DNA of 63,458 nucleotides, counting the filler, from Octopus bimaculoides (taxonomy: Eukaryota): assembly GCF_001194135.2 (NCBI RefSeq). It is 5 parts of 5 records of this genome, joined end to end, with 100 filler letters (N's around TTAATTAATTAA, not from the genome) between each part and the next. Parts side by side here need not be neighbours in the genome. Positions count along the whole stretch, not along the records: positions 1 to 14,666 come from NC_069001.1; positions 14,767 to 28,817 come from NC_068991.1; 3 more parts are not named here. One strand, given 5' to 3'. Shown piece by piece: positions 12,435 to 22,549 of this stretch. The notes under the pieces are model-generated. The model did no database searches. It was given only the letters and a program-made list of their open reading frames with translations, and was not told the DNA's origin. The position numbers and the translations under genes are program-made. Every line of letters begins with the position of its first letter. Position 1 is the stretch's first letter.

Positions 12435-12636
12435 NNNNNNNNNNNNNNNNNNNNNNNNNNNNNNNNNNATATATACATATATACAACAGGCTTCTTTTCA
12501 GTTTCCGTCTACCAAATCCACTCACAAGGCTTTGGTCAGCCCGAGGCTATAGTAGAAGACACTTGCCCAAGATGCCACACAGTGGGACTGAACCCGGAAC
12601 CATGTGGTTGGTAAGCAAGCTACTTAACACACAGCC
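12189..12636 (-). mobile_element. tRNA-derived SINE family 1
   Basis: Matches 7963-8355; small gap within its microsatellite. Confidence 0.85.
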
Positions 12637-12744
12637 TACCATCATTTATCTAACCCTTTAGCATTCAGATTATTGTCAAATGTTATGCTTATTTATTCAC
12701 ATTTGTTTTGAATTAATTATGCATTATCTCATAGCTTTAAGAAT

Positions 12745-12990
12745 CCTCTGCTGTCTCTTCTTTTAGTCTTTCCAAAGCCTCTCTTTCATTTTACGGTTCT
12801 GTCAGCCTCATTGTTCCATCACTGCATCTCATTCAATCAAGCATCAAGTCTGCATCAACCACAGACTTGTTCTGTAGCCCTCAGGATGTTATCCCATAGG
12901 AATTTCTAGTTATCTTCCATGCCATAAGCCTTTAAACTCTTCCTCTTTATCATCAATTATACCAGTTAAGTACTTCTCTAAATTTCCGGC
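12745..12990 (-). mobile_element. Possible degraded LINE fragment
   Basis: Broken translation ...RKMKERLWKD... resembles the region upstream of LINE RT domains; many stops. Confidence 0.3.
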
Positions 12991-13004
12991 AGTTTGCTGG
13001 ATCT

Positions 13005-13232
13005 TTAACCCTTTAACTTTCAAATTATTCCATCAAATTTAATGCTTATTTATTCACATTGTTTTGAATTAATCATGCATTATCTCAAAGCTTCAAGATT
13101 TTGATGATGTGATTGTTTATTTTTAGAATGACATTGTAGGGTAAGTGTGAGAGGCCATAGCTGGCCAGTATAAAGATAAAGCAGGTAGAATATTTGGGCC
13201 AGATATGGCTGGATTAAATGTTAAAAGGTTTA
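13005..13232 (+). mobile_element. piggyBac-like MITE
   Basis: TTAA|CCCTTTA... left end and ...TAAAAGG|TTTA right end; partial copies at 12650-12740, 3290-3385 and 5342-5826. Confidence 0.65.
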
Positions 13233-13251
13233 TTATAATACAGTTCTATAT

Positions 13252-13348
13252 TTAAGAGATGAGGAATTATATACACTATTTACATTTGACATATTTTGTC
13301 CTCATCTTGTTTGTTGTTAACACAACGTTTCAGCTGATATACCCTCCA
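13252..13348 (-). mobile_element. Truncated inverted 3' fragment of the hammerhead-bearing element
   Basis: Reverse complement of about 13733-13806; lacks the CTGATGA half. Confidence 0.8.
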
Positions 13349-13416
13349 TCCTCCATCGGTATTAAGGAAGGATAGGAAAATATTAGATTTATAAGCCCTA
13401 AAATTCATTCAATAAT

Positions 13417-13500
13417 TGCCCACGGGCATATGGCATAGTGGTTAAGAGCGTGGGCTACTAACCCCCAAGATTCTGAGTTTGATTCCAAGAAGTGACCTGG

Positions 13501-13538
<38 letters not shown>

Positions 13539-13808
13539 CATCATCATCGTCGTTTAACGTCCGCTTTCCATGCTGGCATGGGTTGGACGATTTGACTGAG
13601 GACTGGTGAAACCAGATGGCTACACCACGCTCCAATCTAACAACAACGACAACAACAATGACAACAACATCGAAAGATACCTTAGGAATGAGAACCTAGG
13701 TTTGAAATTTCCCCAAGACACCTGATGAAGGCTGGAAGGTATATCAACCGAAACGTTGTGTTAACAACAAACAAGATGAGGACAAATATCCGTCAAATGT
13801 AAATAATG
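13417..13808 (+). mobile_element. tRNA-headed SINE-like element with hammerhead-bearing 3' half, interrupted by a family R 3' fragment (about 13537-13640)
   Basis: A box TGGCATAGTGG (13431-13441), B-box variant GTTTGATTCC (13477-13486), (TAA)/(CAA) tract, then the hammerhead motif. Confidence 0.75.
13717..13762 (+). ncRNA. Minimal type I hammerhead ribozyme motif (Penelope-type)
   Basis: Stem I GACAC/GTGTT; core CTGATGA (13722-13728); extra A; stem II GGCTG/CAACC (one mismatch); GAAAC (13750-13754); palindromic stem III ACGT; predicted site GUU at 13755-13757. Confidence 0.7.
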
Positions 13809-14519
13809 CTTCAGACTTATCTGCATTTTTCTTTAGAAAAGGTAAACCTTAAGTTCACCTTGAAGTAACAAGGTTTCTAAGTTCTATCCTAGAATATGGC
13901 ACTTTGGTTGACTAATATTGTCCGAGTAAAATTTGGTAAGCAGAAACTGTAAGGAAGCCTGTATTGTGTGTGTGTGTGTATGCGTGTGTGTAAGCATGAA
14001 TGTTAGTGTGAAAGTGTGTGCATGTGTGTAAACACTAGTGTGAGGGCATGAGCATGCATGTGTGAGTGTAAGAGCATAAATGTGAGTATGTGTGCAAACA
14101 TGAGCATGTGTGCATGCATAAGCATCAGTGCGCCTGTGTGTATGCAAATAAATGCTCGTTTCTTCAAGTTTCCACATTCATCAAGTGACAGTGCATTTGT
14201 TGCATCTCCTGTGAATGTTACATTCTGTAATCTCATCAGCTTCATCAATTGCATGTGGAGCCCAGTAAAAATTACAATTATTACACTGATGTTTGGAACA
14301 TAAATTAAGATAGAATTTCCATGAAAGGTTTTAAATTAAGCCACTTCAACAATTTACTCATTGTATGCCAGCATGGAAAACACACATTATGTAACAACGA
14401 TTTCTATTAAGATACACTGTTTTTGTTTCAATTAATTTGAAAATAATTAAGATTTTGGTAAAATAACTGTCCTCATTAAGCTGCGGTTTGGAATATAAAT
14501 TAAAAATTAACATGAAATT

Positions 14520-14666
14520 TTGGCTGTGTGGTAAGTAGCTTGCTTACAAACCACATGGTTCCGGGTTCAGTCCCACTGCATGGCACCTTCGGCAAGTGTC
14601 TTCTACTATAGCCTCGGGCCGACCAAAGCCTTGTGAGTGGATTTGGTAGGCGGAAACTGAAAGAAG
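14520..14666 (+). mobile_element. SINE family 1 head cut by a scaffold join
   Basis: GGCTGTGTGGTAAGTAGCTTGCTTAC...GGAAACTGAAAGAAG followed by Ns. Confidence 0.85.
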
Positions 14667-14766
14667 NNNNNNNNNNNNNNNNNNNNNNNNNNNNNNNNNN
14701 NNNNNNNNNNTTAATTAATTAANNNNNNNNNNNNNNNNNNNNNNNNNNNNNNNNNNNNNNNNNNNN
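14667..14766. other. Assembly join: 44 N + TTAATTAATTAA + 44 N
   Basis: Identical 100-bp structure at 28818-28917, 57477-57576 and 60824-60923; the linker puts stops in all six frames. Confidence 0.95.
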
Positions 14767-14802
<36 letters not shown>

Positions 14803-15678
14803 TGTTTACATGTGTAATATATATGTAAATAATACGTATGTCATATATACATATATATATATATACATACACATACACATATACATACATATATGTACAT
14901 GCATATACGTGCATATATATATATGTGTGTGTGTGTATGTGTGTATAAACATATATACAAGCAACGTACATACATGCACTATCTAGTGTTCCGGTATTGG
15001 TTTCACCCTCCTCTAATTGCGGCCATGCTATATAGACTGTCTCAGTACACACAGGAGAGTACAATAGCCACTGATTAAGGCTGTTCACCCATTGTTTACA
15101 TAACGCTGCTATTCATATCTAAATATTGTGCCATTGTCCAAATTACAGTAAGGTGCTTCTACGAAGGTTTGTGTGGAGGGTAAACAACATACAAACTGTA
15201 TAGATTTCCATTTTTGTTACTACCAGCTAATATGGTTTTCTGTATGTATTTTTTGGATTAGATTGTAAGCGTATGTATGGTTGTGTGAAGTGTTGCAACA
15301 TGGCTTCACAACTACGCGGATTTCATTTTTATGACACTATGTAATATCAAGCGCAAGTGTGTTCTACAATTTTCTCGGGTTAACCAATAGCTGGAGTGTG
15401 TAATTTTGTAGAGAGAAGCTGTATGAACGCTCATTATACATGAACTCGTATCATTTTTGTAATCAGTTGCAAGCATGTATCTATCTGTGAAACAAATGAA
15501 TTAGACATATCTGGTGAGCCGGCAAAGGCTAAATAACACGTCGAGTTGTCTACCGGCATGTGCTGGTGAGAGACTATAGGGTTGTTTATTAATCTTACAT
15601 ATGTAAACGTGTTTACATTTCATTCAAATACAAAGATGCCTCAATAATATTTTTGTATGTATTTGTATGTGTGAGTAC

Positions 15679-15728
<50 letters not shown>

Positions 15729-15953
15729 TTATTTAATATACACAATTACAAAAGAGCTACAAACAGTTTCATGCTTTAAGGTACATTAAAATGGCAGATT
15801 TATATGACATGTCATGTATCTCCAAGCAATCATTCAGTAAGTTATATGAATAATGTTTAGATTATCTCAGTTGCTTCAAACAAAAATTCTAATTCTTATT
15901 TTCCGACGCATTTTCAAATCAGAAAATAGCTTTTACTATATTTGTATACATAC

Positions 15954-16060
15954 CTCGAGCTGGACGAAGCAGATCGTTTCGATGGTGGATAAGTGCGTGA
16001 CACTGAAGAGCAGAAATGACCGTAAAAATATCGACATCTGTCACGCACTTTCACTTCCGG
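15954..16060 (-). promoter_or_regulatory. Candidate promoter/first exon of the Ly6 gene
   Basis: ETS-type CCGGAAGTG at 16060-16052, a CpG-retaining unique stretch, and GAG|GTATGT donor at 15953. The ATG at 16037 gives phase 0, which does not match the next exon, so it is probably a UTR exon. Confidence 0.4.
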
Positions 16061-16202
16061 ATCGATCTCGTTTTACTTAGCTTTGAGAAATACTGTGTAT
16101 TTTAAACACAATACGTCTTTAAAGAGATCTTCTTTAGACGAAGTACCGCAGCTCTTCGTCGTTTCGTAACACACACACATATTAAGTACATACATTAAAT
16201 GC

Positions 16203-16430
16203 GGCGAGCTGGCAGAAACGTTAGCACGCCGGGCGAAAAGCTTAACGGTATTTCGTCTGCCGCTACGTTCTGAGTTCAAATTCCGCCGAGGTCGACTTTG
16301 CCTTTCATCCTTTCGGGGTCGATTAAATAAGTACCAGTTACGCACTGGCGTCGATATAATCGACTTAATCCGTTTTTCTGTCCTTGTTTGTTCCCTCTGT
16401 GTCTAGCCCCTTGTGGGTAGTAAAGAAATA
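16203..16430 (+). mobile_element. SINE family 4, CpG-intact copy
   Basis: GGCGAGCTGGCAGAAACGTTAGCACGCCGGGCG... with the family core. Confidence 0.88.
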
Positions 16431-17061
16431 ACACATATATTAAGTACATGACATTGATAATTAAAAAAATACTTGAAATCTGGGATATTAATGACGACAA
16501 AGAATTTGGAACATTTAATAGTGAGTAATTCGCTGTATTTTAATTAGGTTGGTGGGTGAAATATTCGGGAATTAAGGTGGCAAAGCATTATTAAGACCGT
16601 GAGTCTTTATGCTAAGATTACCTCGTCGTGTTCTTTTTATTGTGGTGTTAATGTAGGTTTGGTTTGTGGAAATATTTACAAATATGGCGAGGGGAGTTTT
16701 TCTTCAACAGTTAATCATTTAATGATTGCTTGGTGTGGCTGGTAATTAATACGAGTTAAGTGGTTCAATTAAAGATTCTTTCAAATGGTGGAAGATTACT
16801 GTTAATTAAGCGGGAGTAAATTAAGTGCGGTTCATTAATATCAAAAGGGATTGTTGACCTTTTCGAATTCATTGTTTGATGTGGCTTGGAGAAGGAAAAT
16901 TAATAAAAATAAGTAAAAAAAAAAACATGATCGCTAAAACAATATCGGCTAACTAATAAAAACTCCAAAAGATAATTGTAGGGAAGTGAAAATGAATGTG
17001 TGTGTGTGTGTGCGCGCGCTTGTGTTTGTATGTGTGTTTGCATGTCTGTATGACACGAATA

Positions 17062-17450
17062 TGTTGTTGTTGGCACTCCGTCGCTTACGACGTCGAGGGT
17101 TCCAGTTGATCCGATCAACAGAACAGCCTGCTCGTGAAATTAACGTGCAATTGGCTGAGCACTCCACAGACACGTATACCCTTAACGTAGTTCTCGGGGA
17201 TATTCAGCGTGACACAGTGTGACAAGGCTGACCCTTTGAATTACAGGCACAACAGAAACAGGAAGTAAGAGTGAGAGAAAGTTGTGGTGAAAGAGTACAG
17301 CAGGGTTCGCCACCATCCCCTGCCAGAGCCTCGTGGAGCTTTAGGTGTTTTCGCTCAATAAACTCTTACAACACCCGGTCTGGGAATCGGAACCGCGATC
17401 CTATGACCGCGAGTCCGCTGCCCTAACCACTGGGCCATTGCGCCTCCACC
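17062..17450 (-). mobile_element. tRNA-derived SINE family 3, full length with TSD
   Basis: 11-bp TSD tgacacgaata (17051-17061 / 17451-17461); tRNA-like head; (CAA)n tail. Confidence 0.92.
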
Positions 17451-17464
17451 TGACACGAATAATG

Positions 17465-17960
17465 ACAGTAATAATAAACTTTTCTGCTTTAGGTACAAGG
17501 AGAGCCATTTTAGGGAAGGGGGAAATCGATTACAAGGGTCCCTGTTCTCAACTGGTATTTTGTTTATCAACCCCGAAATGATGAAAGGCAAAGTTGACGT
17601 TAGTGGAATTTGAAATCAGAACGTAAAGGGCTGCAGTTTAAATACCGCAAGGTTATTTCGACCAACCCCCTTAACGATGTCGCCAATCTACCATCCTCGT
17701 TTTTAAACTGGGCACCAGGCCAGCAAAATTCTAAAGCGTGGGGTACCTTCTGGATTGCATGCCTAACAAAAGATTACTTTGAATTTTTTAGTACTGCGCC
17801 CCACCAAATGATGAGCAATATTTCATGCAACCTGCTTCTGGAAAATGATCTCCCGTTCCTGCTATAGACTCTAGTTCTTGATCGTTACTCTATTTTATTG
17901 ACTCCGAAATGATGGAAATCAAAGTTGTCCTCAGCGAAATTTGAACTCAGAACGTAAAGA
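17465..17960 (-). mobile_element. Degenerate SINE family 4 fragments
   Basis: Reverse-complement core ...aaaggcaaagttgac...gaatttgaactcagaacgtaaag twice. Confidence 0.65.
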
Positions 17961-18822
17961 CCCGAGGGAAAATAGGAATAAAAGTACACATGTAAATATG
18001 TGTGTATGTGTGTATGCGAATATGTATTTAGAATAGCTTAAAAGCCGTATTTCATGCGAACTTTTAAGCTAGCTCCTGCGGGGGGGCTAATTGAGCCTGC
18101 GGCCCAAATCTGGAGAGAGCAATAATAATAAAGCATTTATTGGTACCTTACCAATATGGTGTTCCTTTAAATTCAGTTTAAATGAAAGACTTGAAAGTTC
18201 ACAAATTTTGGGGATTGTTTTAAAATTTGAATTTTCAACTGTTAGCATATAACAAATCCTCATCAAAACCTGATCCAAATTGTCGGTGTTCGAGAATCAA
18301 ACGAAGGGCAGATTTTCAATCCCGGGATCATCCTGATTCCAAAAAGGTATAATATGTCTATGTAGAGCAAATGTAGACTAAGACACGTAGACTGAGACAC
18401 AGGTGTCCCGGACAGACGGACGGACAGACTTGTGTGTTTATTATTATAGTAGCGGAATAAGTTTTGTAGTATATTTTACGGCGCTAATGGTACTGGTTGT
18501 TGCTGTGTAGTATTTTGTTATTGTGGTTGTTATTGTTGTGACAGAGGTTGTGGAGATGATAGTATGGGTGATCTTTTGCGTGTTATTTTTTTTTCTGTTG
18601 TTGTAGTGAAGACGAGGAGAAAAGGAAGAATGAGGAGGAAGATGAGGAAGAGAAAGTAGAGGAGGTTAGTTGTGGTGCTGGTACGTAACCATGGCTACCA
18701 ATTATCATGTTTTGGAGCGAATGGACTATATTTGTCAAAAGTTATTTCACCCTTGTCATAAACATCTGTGACTGATCGATACACCCTGACCCTTCGGCAT
18801 GTCAAAAGAGTAGCTTGCATCC

Positions 18823-18975
18823 GATCATCATCATCCTCATCACCATCGTCCTCATCATCATCGCCAACATCATCACCATCATCATCATCACCATCATCAT
18901 CATAATCATCATCATCATCACTATCATCATCATCATCATCATCATCATCGCCATCACCATCACCATCATCATCAG

Positions 18976-19007
<32 letters not shown>

Positions 19008-19068
19008 CCATCATCATCATAATCATCATCATCATCATCGTCATCATCATCATCATCATCACCACCAC

Positions 19069-19120
<52 letters not shown>

Positions 19121-19226
19121 GTCGTCATCAGTATCATCAACAGCATCATCACCAAACAACATCATCATCATCATCAACAGCAGCATCGACATCATAGTCA
19201 CCATCATCATCATCATCATCATCTTT
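18823..19226. repeat. Long (CAT)n tract
   Basis: Direct reading; abuts a gap. Confidence 0.95.
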
Positions 19227-19612
19227 ANNNNNNNNNNNNNNNNNNNNNNNNNNNNNNNNNNNNNNNNNNNNNNNNNNNNNNNNNNNNNNNNNNNNNNNNN
19301 NNNNNNNNNNNNNNNNNNNNNNNNNNNNNNNNNNNNNNNNNNNNNNNNNNNNNNNNNNNNNNNNNNNNNNNNNNNNNNNNNNNNNNNNNNNNNNNNNNNN
19401 NNNNNNNNNNNNNNNNNNNNNNNNNNNNNNNNNNNNNNNNNNNNNNNNNNNNNNNNNNNNNNNNNNNNNNNNNNNNNNNNNNNNNNNNNNNNNNNNNNNN
19501 NNNNNNNNNNNNNNNNNNNNNNNNNNNNNNNNNNNNNNNNNNNNNNNNNNNNNNNNNNNNNNNNNAAACTACAGCCTACTTAGTTGGTTAAAGAAATAAT
19601 AATAATAATAAT

Positions 19613-19895
19613 AACTCGAATGTGGAATCTAAAAACAGAAACAATTCCTATCATAGTAGGTGCCTTAGGTATAATAAAAAAATATTCAGACAAATACATA
19701 ACAAAAACACCAGGACTTACAAATATATATAACATACAGAAAATTGCACTACTGGGTACTGCACACATTCTACGCAAAACACTTTCAATACAGTAAACAT
19801 AAGAGCACCACAGCAAACCACAGCACATACCCAAGGCGCACAGAGCTGCGCTCGGTAGTGAAGTGAAAGCACGTTATAAAAATAAAACTACTGAA
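19613..19895 (+). mobile_element. R4/Dong-like non-LTR retrotransposon 3' end embedded in (AAT)n
   Basis: TRMWNLKTETIPIIVGALGIIKK...QKIALLGTAHILRKTLSIQ* matches the REL-endonuclease C-terminus of R4/Dong/Rex6-type elements (recalled); flanked by AAT repeats. Confidence 0.8.
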
Positions 19896-19989
19896 TAATA
19901 ATAATAATAATAATAATAATGATAATAATAATAACTGATTTCTTTTATTTGCCACAAGGGCGAAGGATGAGGGGAACTATACAAAAACA

Positions 19990-20765
19990 GCGCAAAATGT
20001 GGGCCTTTAGATGTCATACAAGTACTACCAGTCGAGAACTCCACATACCGGAAGCCAGCAAGTGTATGGGATCATCAAGAGAGAATGCGCGCCGTTTCGG
20101 GGCCTACCTCTCGACGGCATCAATGCTCACCGGCCCTCCTCCCTGATATGAGACCCCGCTTGCTAGATCAACTGGTTATTAAATAAAGCTCAATGTTTCT
20201 CTAGCCATCGCTCATCGTCTCTTTTTAACCAAATCCAGTGGCTAGCCTTCTCCACTGTAGTTTGGATATCGGTCATGGTGGTATTTACTTTACGATGAGT
20301 TAGGCCTAACGATAACAACAGTCGTCTCACACTGTGTCCAACAAANNNNNNNNNNCTCTAGCCATCGCTCATCGTCTCTTTTTAACCAAATCCAGTGGCT
20401 AGCCTTCTCCACTGTAGTTTGGATATCGGTCATGGTGGTATTTACTTTACGATGAGTTAGGCCTAACGATAACAACAGTCGTCTCACACTGTGTCCAACA
20501 AACCCTCTACATCCGTCTTCGATTGGAAAATGCTCCTCTTTCCAGCTTGCGTCTTCACATTCCTCGAGGAGGTTTACATAACAGTCTATCTTTCGAGCTT
20601 GAGCGGCGTCCATGTTATCTTCATGAGGAACCGTTAACTCGACTAGATTTATAACCTTCTTTCCTTCACACCACATTAAAATGTCCGGTTTTTTCGTAAC
20701 TGGGATGGAAAAGAGTCCCTGGCACCCTGGTAAATCTGCAGTCACCTCCCAATAGCCGTTCCACT
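19990..20765 (-). mobile_element. HERO-like (R2 superfamily) non-LTR retrotransposon, 5'-truncated: REL endonuclease and 3' UTR
   Basis: KPDILMW...LVELTVPHE...RKIDCY...FPIEDGCRGFVG...KASHWIWLKR is a PD-(D/E)xK motif set of HERO type (recalled). The stop lies at 20192-20190. Confidence 0.85.
20199..20502. repeat. 147-bp identical direct repeat across a 10-N gap (20199-20345 / 20356-20502), probable assembly overlap
   Basis: Exact duplication flanking Ns. Confidence 0.85.
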
Positions 20766-21164
20766 TTTCATCTCTCATCATCATCATTATTATCATTATT
20801 ATTATTATTATTTCTATCTATGAAACCTATCTACGTCGACCATACAGATCGCAAATTTATGGTCTATGTAACCGACCATTTTAAAATATAGACAACCTGT
20901 GCTATCTTTATAAGCTGGTCTACAGAATATTCAATCTAGATACGATGTATATGTCCCAATGCGGTTACTCCGTGTTCACAATGGCACATTCAGGAAATCT
21001 ACTCTATACTTGTCAGACAATTGGAAACGCCTGAGTAGGCTTGCCAGACTTTTGCGCCCCTTTCTTATCGAATAGCTTCGTACAGTCCCTGCATGTAACG
21101 AAGCTGTCGATAAAAATCATCTAACTAGCAAATGAATCGAGTCCAATATTTTTAATTAATTTTT

Positions 21165-21440
21165 TTAGCCTGGTATTTATTCTATCATTCTTTTTGCTGA
21201 ACCACTAAGTTACAGGAACGTAAACACACCAACACCGGTTGTCAAGTGTTGGTGGGGGTCAAACATAGACACATACACACACAAATACAATATATACACA
21301 TACACAGTTTCCCTGTACAAAGTCTTCTCATAAAACTTTGGTCGATTCGAGGCTATAGAAGACACTTGCTCAGTGTACCACGCAGTGGGAATGAACCCGT
21401 AGCCATGTGGTTGGGAAGCGAGCTTCTTACCACAAGGCCA
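21165..21440 (-). mobile_element. Degenerate SINE family 1
   Basis: Partial match to 7963-8355. Confidence 0.7.
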
Positions 21441-22513
21441 CTCAATCGCCTATTTGGATGCTTAGCTTTGTGTTAATTATTGACAATAACCTGTATTAGT
21501 TCTCATTCATCGCTACGAGGCCATTCTTAAAGCCAGTTCGTCCTCGTGGTGGTGGGGACAAGCTAAACTCAGAAGGGTTTCTTTCTCATGACAAAATATG
21601 AAGAAAAGACTGCAAGAGAGAGATGTCAAGTGTTTCAAACAACCTTGTTGTTTTAGAGACAAAAAGAGATGAGAAAGAGAGTTAAAGAAAGAGAAAGACA
21701 AAGAGACAGAGAACGAGAAAGCAGAAGAGAGAGACGAGAGAAAGGAATAACAGCGAGAAAGAGAGCGTTATATGTGAAGAGGCGAAGAAGTCAGATACAG
21801 AAATTCCCTTGCCACCACAAACACACACATACACACATACATATAGACATAAATACATATATACCCACAAAATAATTTATACACATAAACGCAAACAAAA
21901 ACGCATGCAAACACATTTAGACAATTACACACGCAACCATAGGTGGACGCATGCATACAAACAAACACATGCAACAATGATGGCTGATGGAAAGGGAAAC
22001 AAAGGAAGCCATTTTGAATTTGGTTTATACTTGCCGTAGAGAAGAATTTTTAAAACATTTTTCCGTTTCATTTGGGAAAAATACATCTTATTAAACAGTA
22101 TTAAAGGGTTTTTAAATATATACAAATTTCTAAATTATATTAAAGATTCATGTTTGCTTCTTTTTTTTTAAACCAACACACTAAATCAACAGAGTCTGGA
22201 CGGGAAAATTCTATTCAAGACACTCCAGAGATTTGCTATTTATTTATTGGCCACATCTTGTAACATAACAACAGCAACAAAATCAATAATAATAATAATT
22301 TTAATAACAATAATAACAATAGTAATAATAATAATGATGATGAGGATGATAATAATAATGATAATGATAATAATAATGACGTTAATGAAAATAAAATAGT
22401 ATTACAAGCAGCATTTTTAATTTTACATTATTTATCATGCATGTTAAATTTGAATATTACAAATCATTTAAATATAATTTAATAACAGAATAATCATGGC
22501 ATGTTGTTTTCGT

Positions 22514-22549
<36 letters not shown>

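Noticed and set aside
13431-13490. tRNA gene (likewise heads at about 17380-17450 and 10630-10699)
   Set aside because: These are SINE heads with A/B boxes and no complete cloverleaf.
13791-13800. Alternative hammerhead cleavage site GUC with a long stem III
   Set aside because: Only 3 bp of stem III, and the following AAATG cannot pair with GACAC.
14180-14310. Cys-rich minus-strand frame (LCSKHQCNNCNFYW...CNKCTVT)
   Set aside because: No start codon or splice signals, no Ly6 spacing, and it appears to run into repeat-derived sequence.
18060-18475. Helentron/DINE-like element suggested by the GGACAGAC repeat
   Set aside because: Termini and subterminal hairpins could not be identified; left unclassified.
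18695-19591. Poly-Asp/Met/Ile/His ORFs (also at 9328-9897, 33274-33660, 34627-34899, 45780-46197, 58034-58339)
   Set aside because: Translations of trinucleotide microsatellites; no splice or domain support.
20199-20502. Biological tandem duplication of the HERO-like 3' end
   Set aside because: Exact identity across a 10-N gap is typical of unmerged contig overlap.
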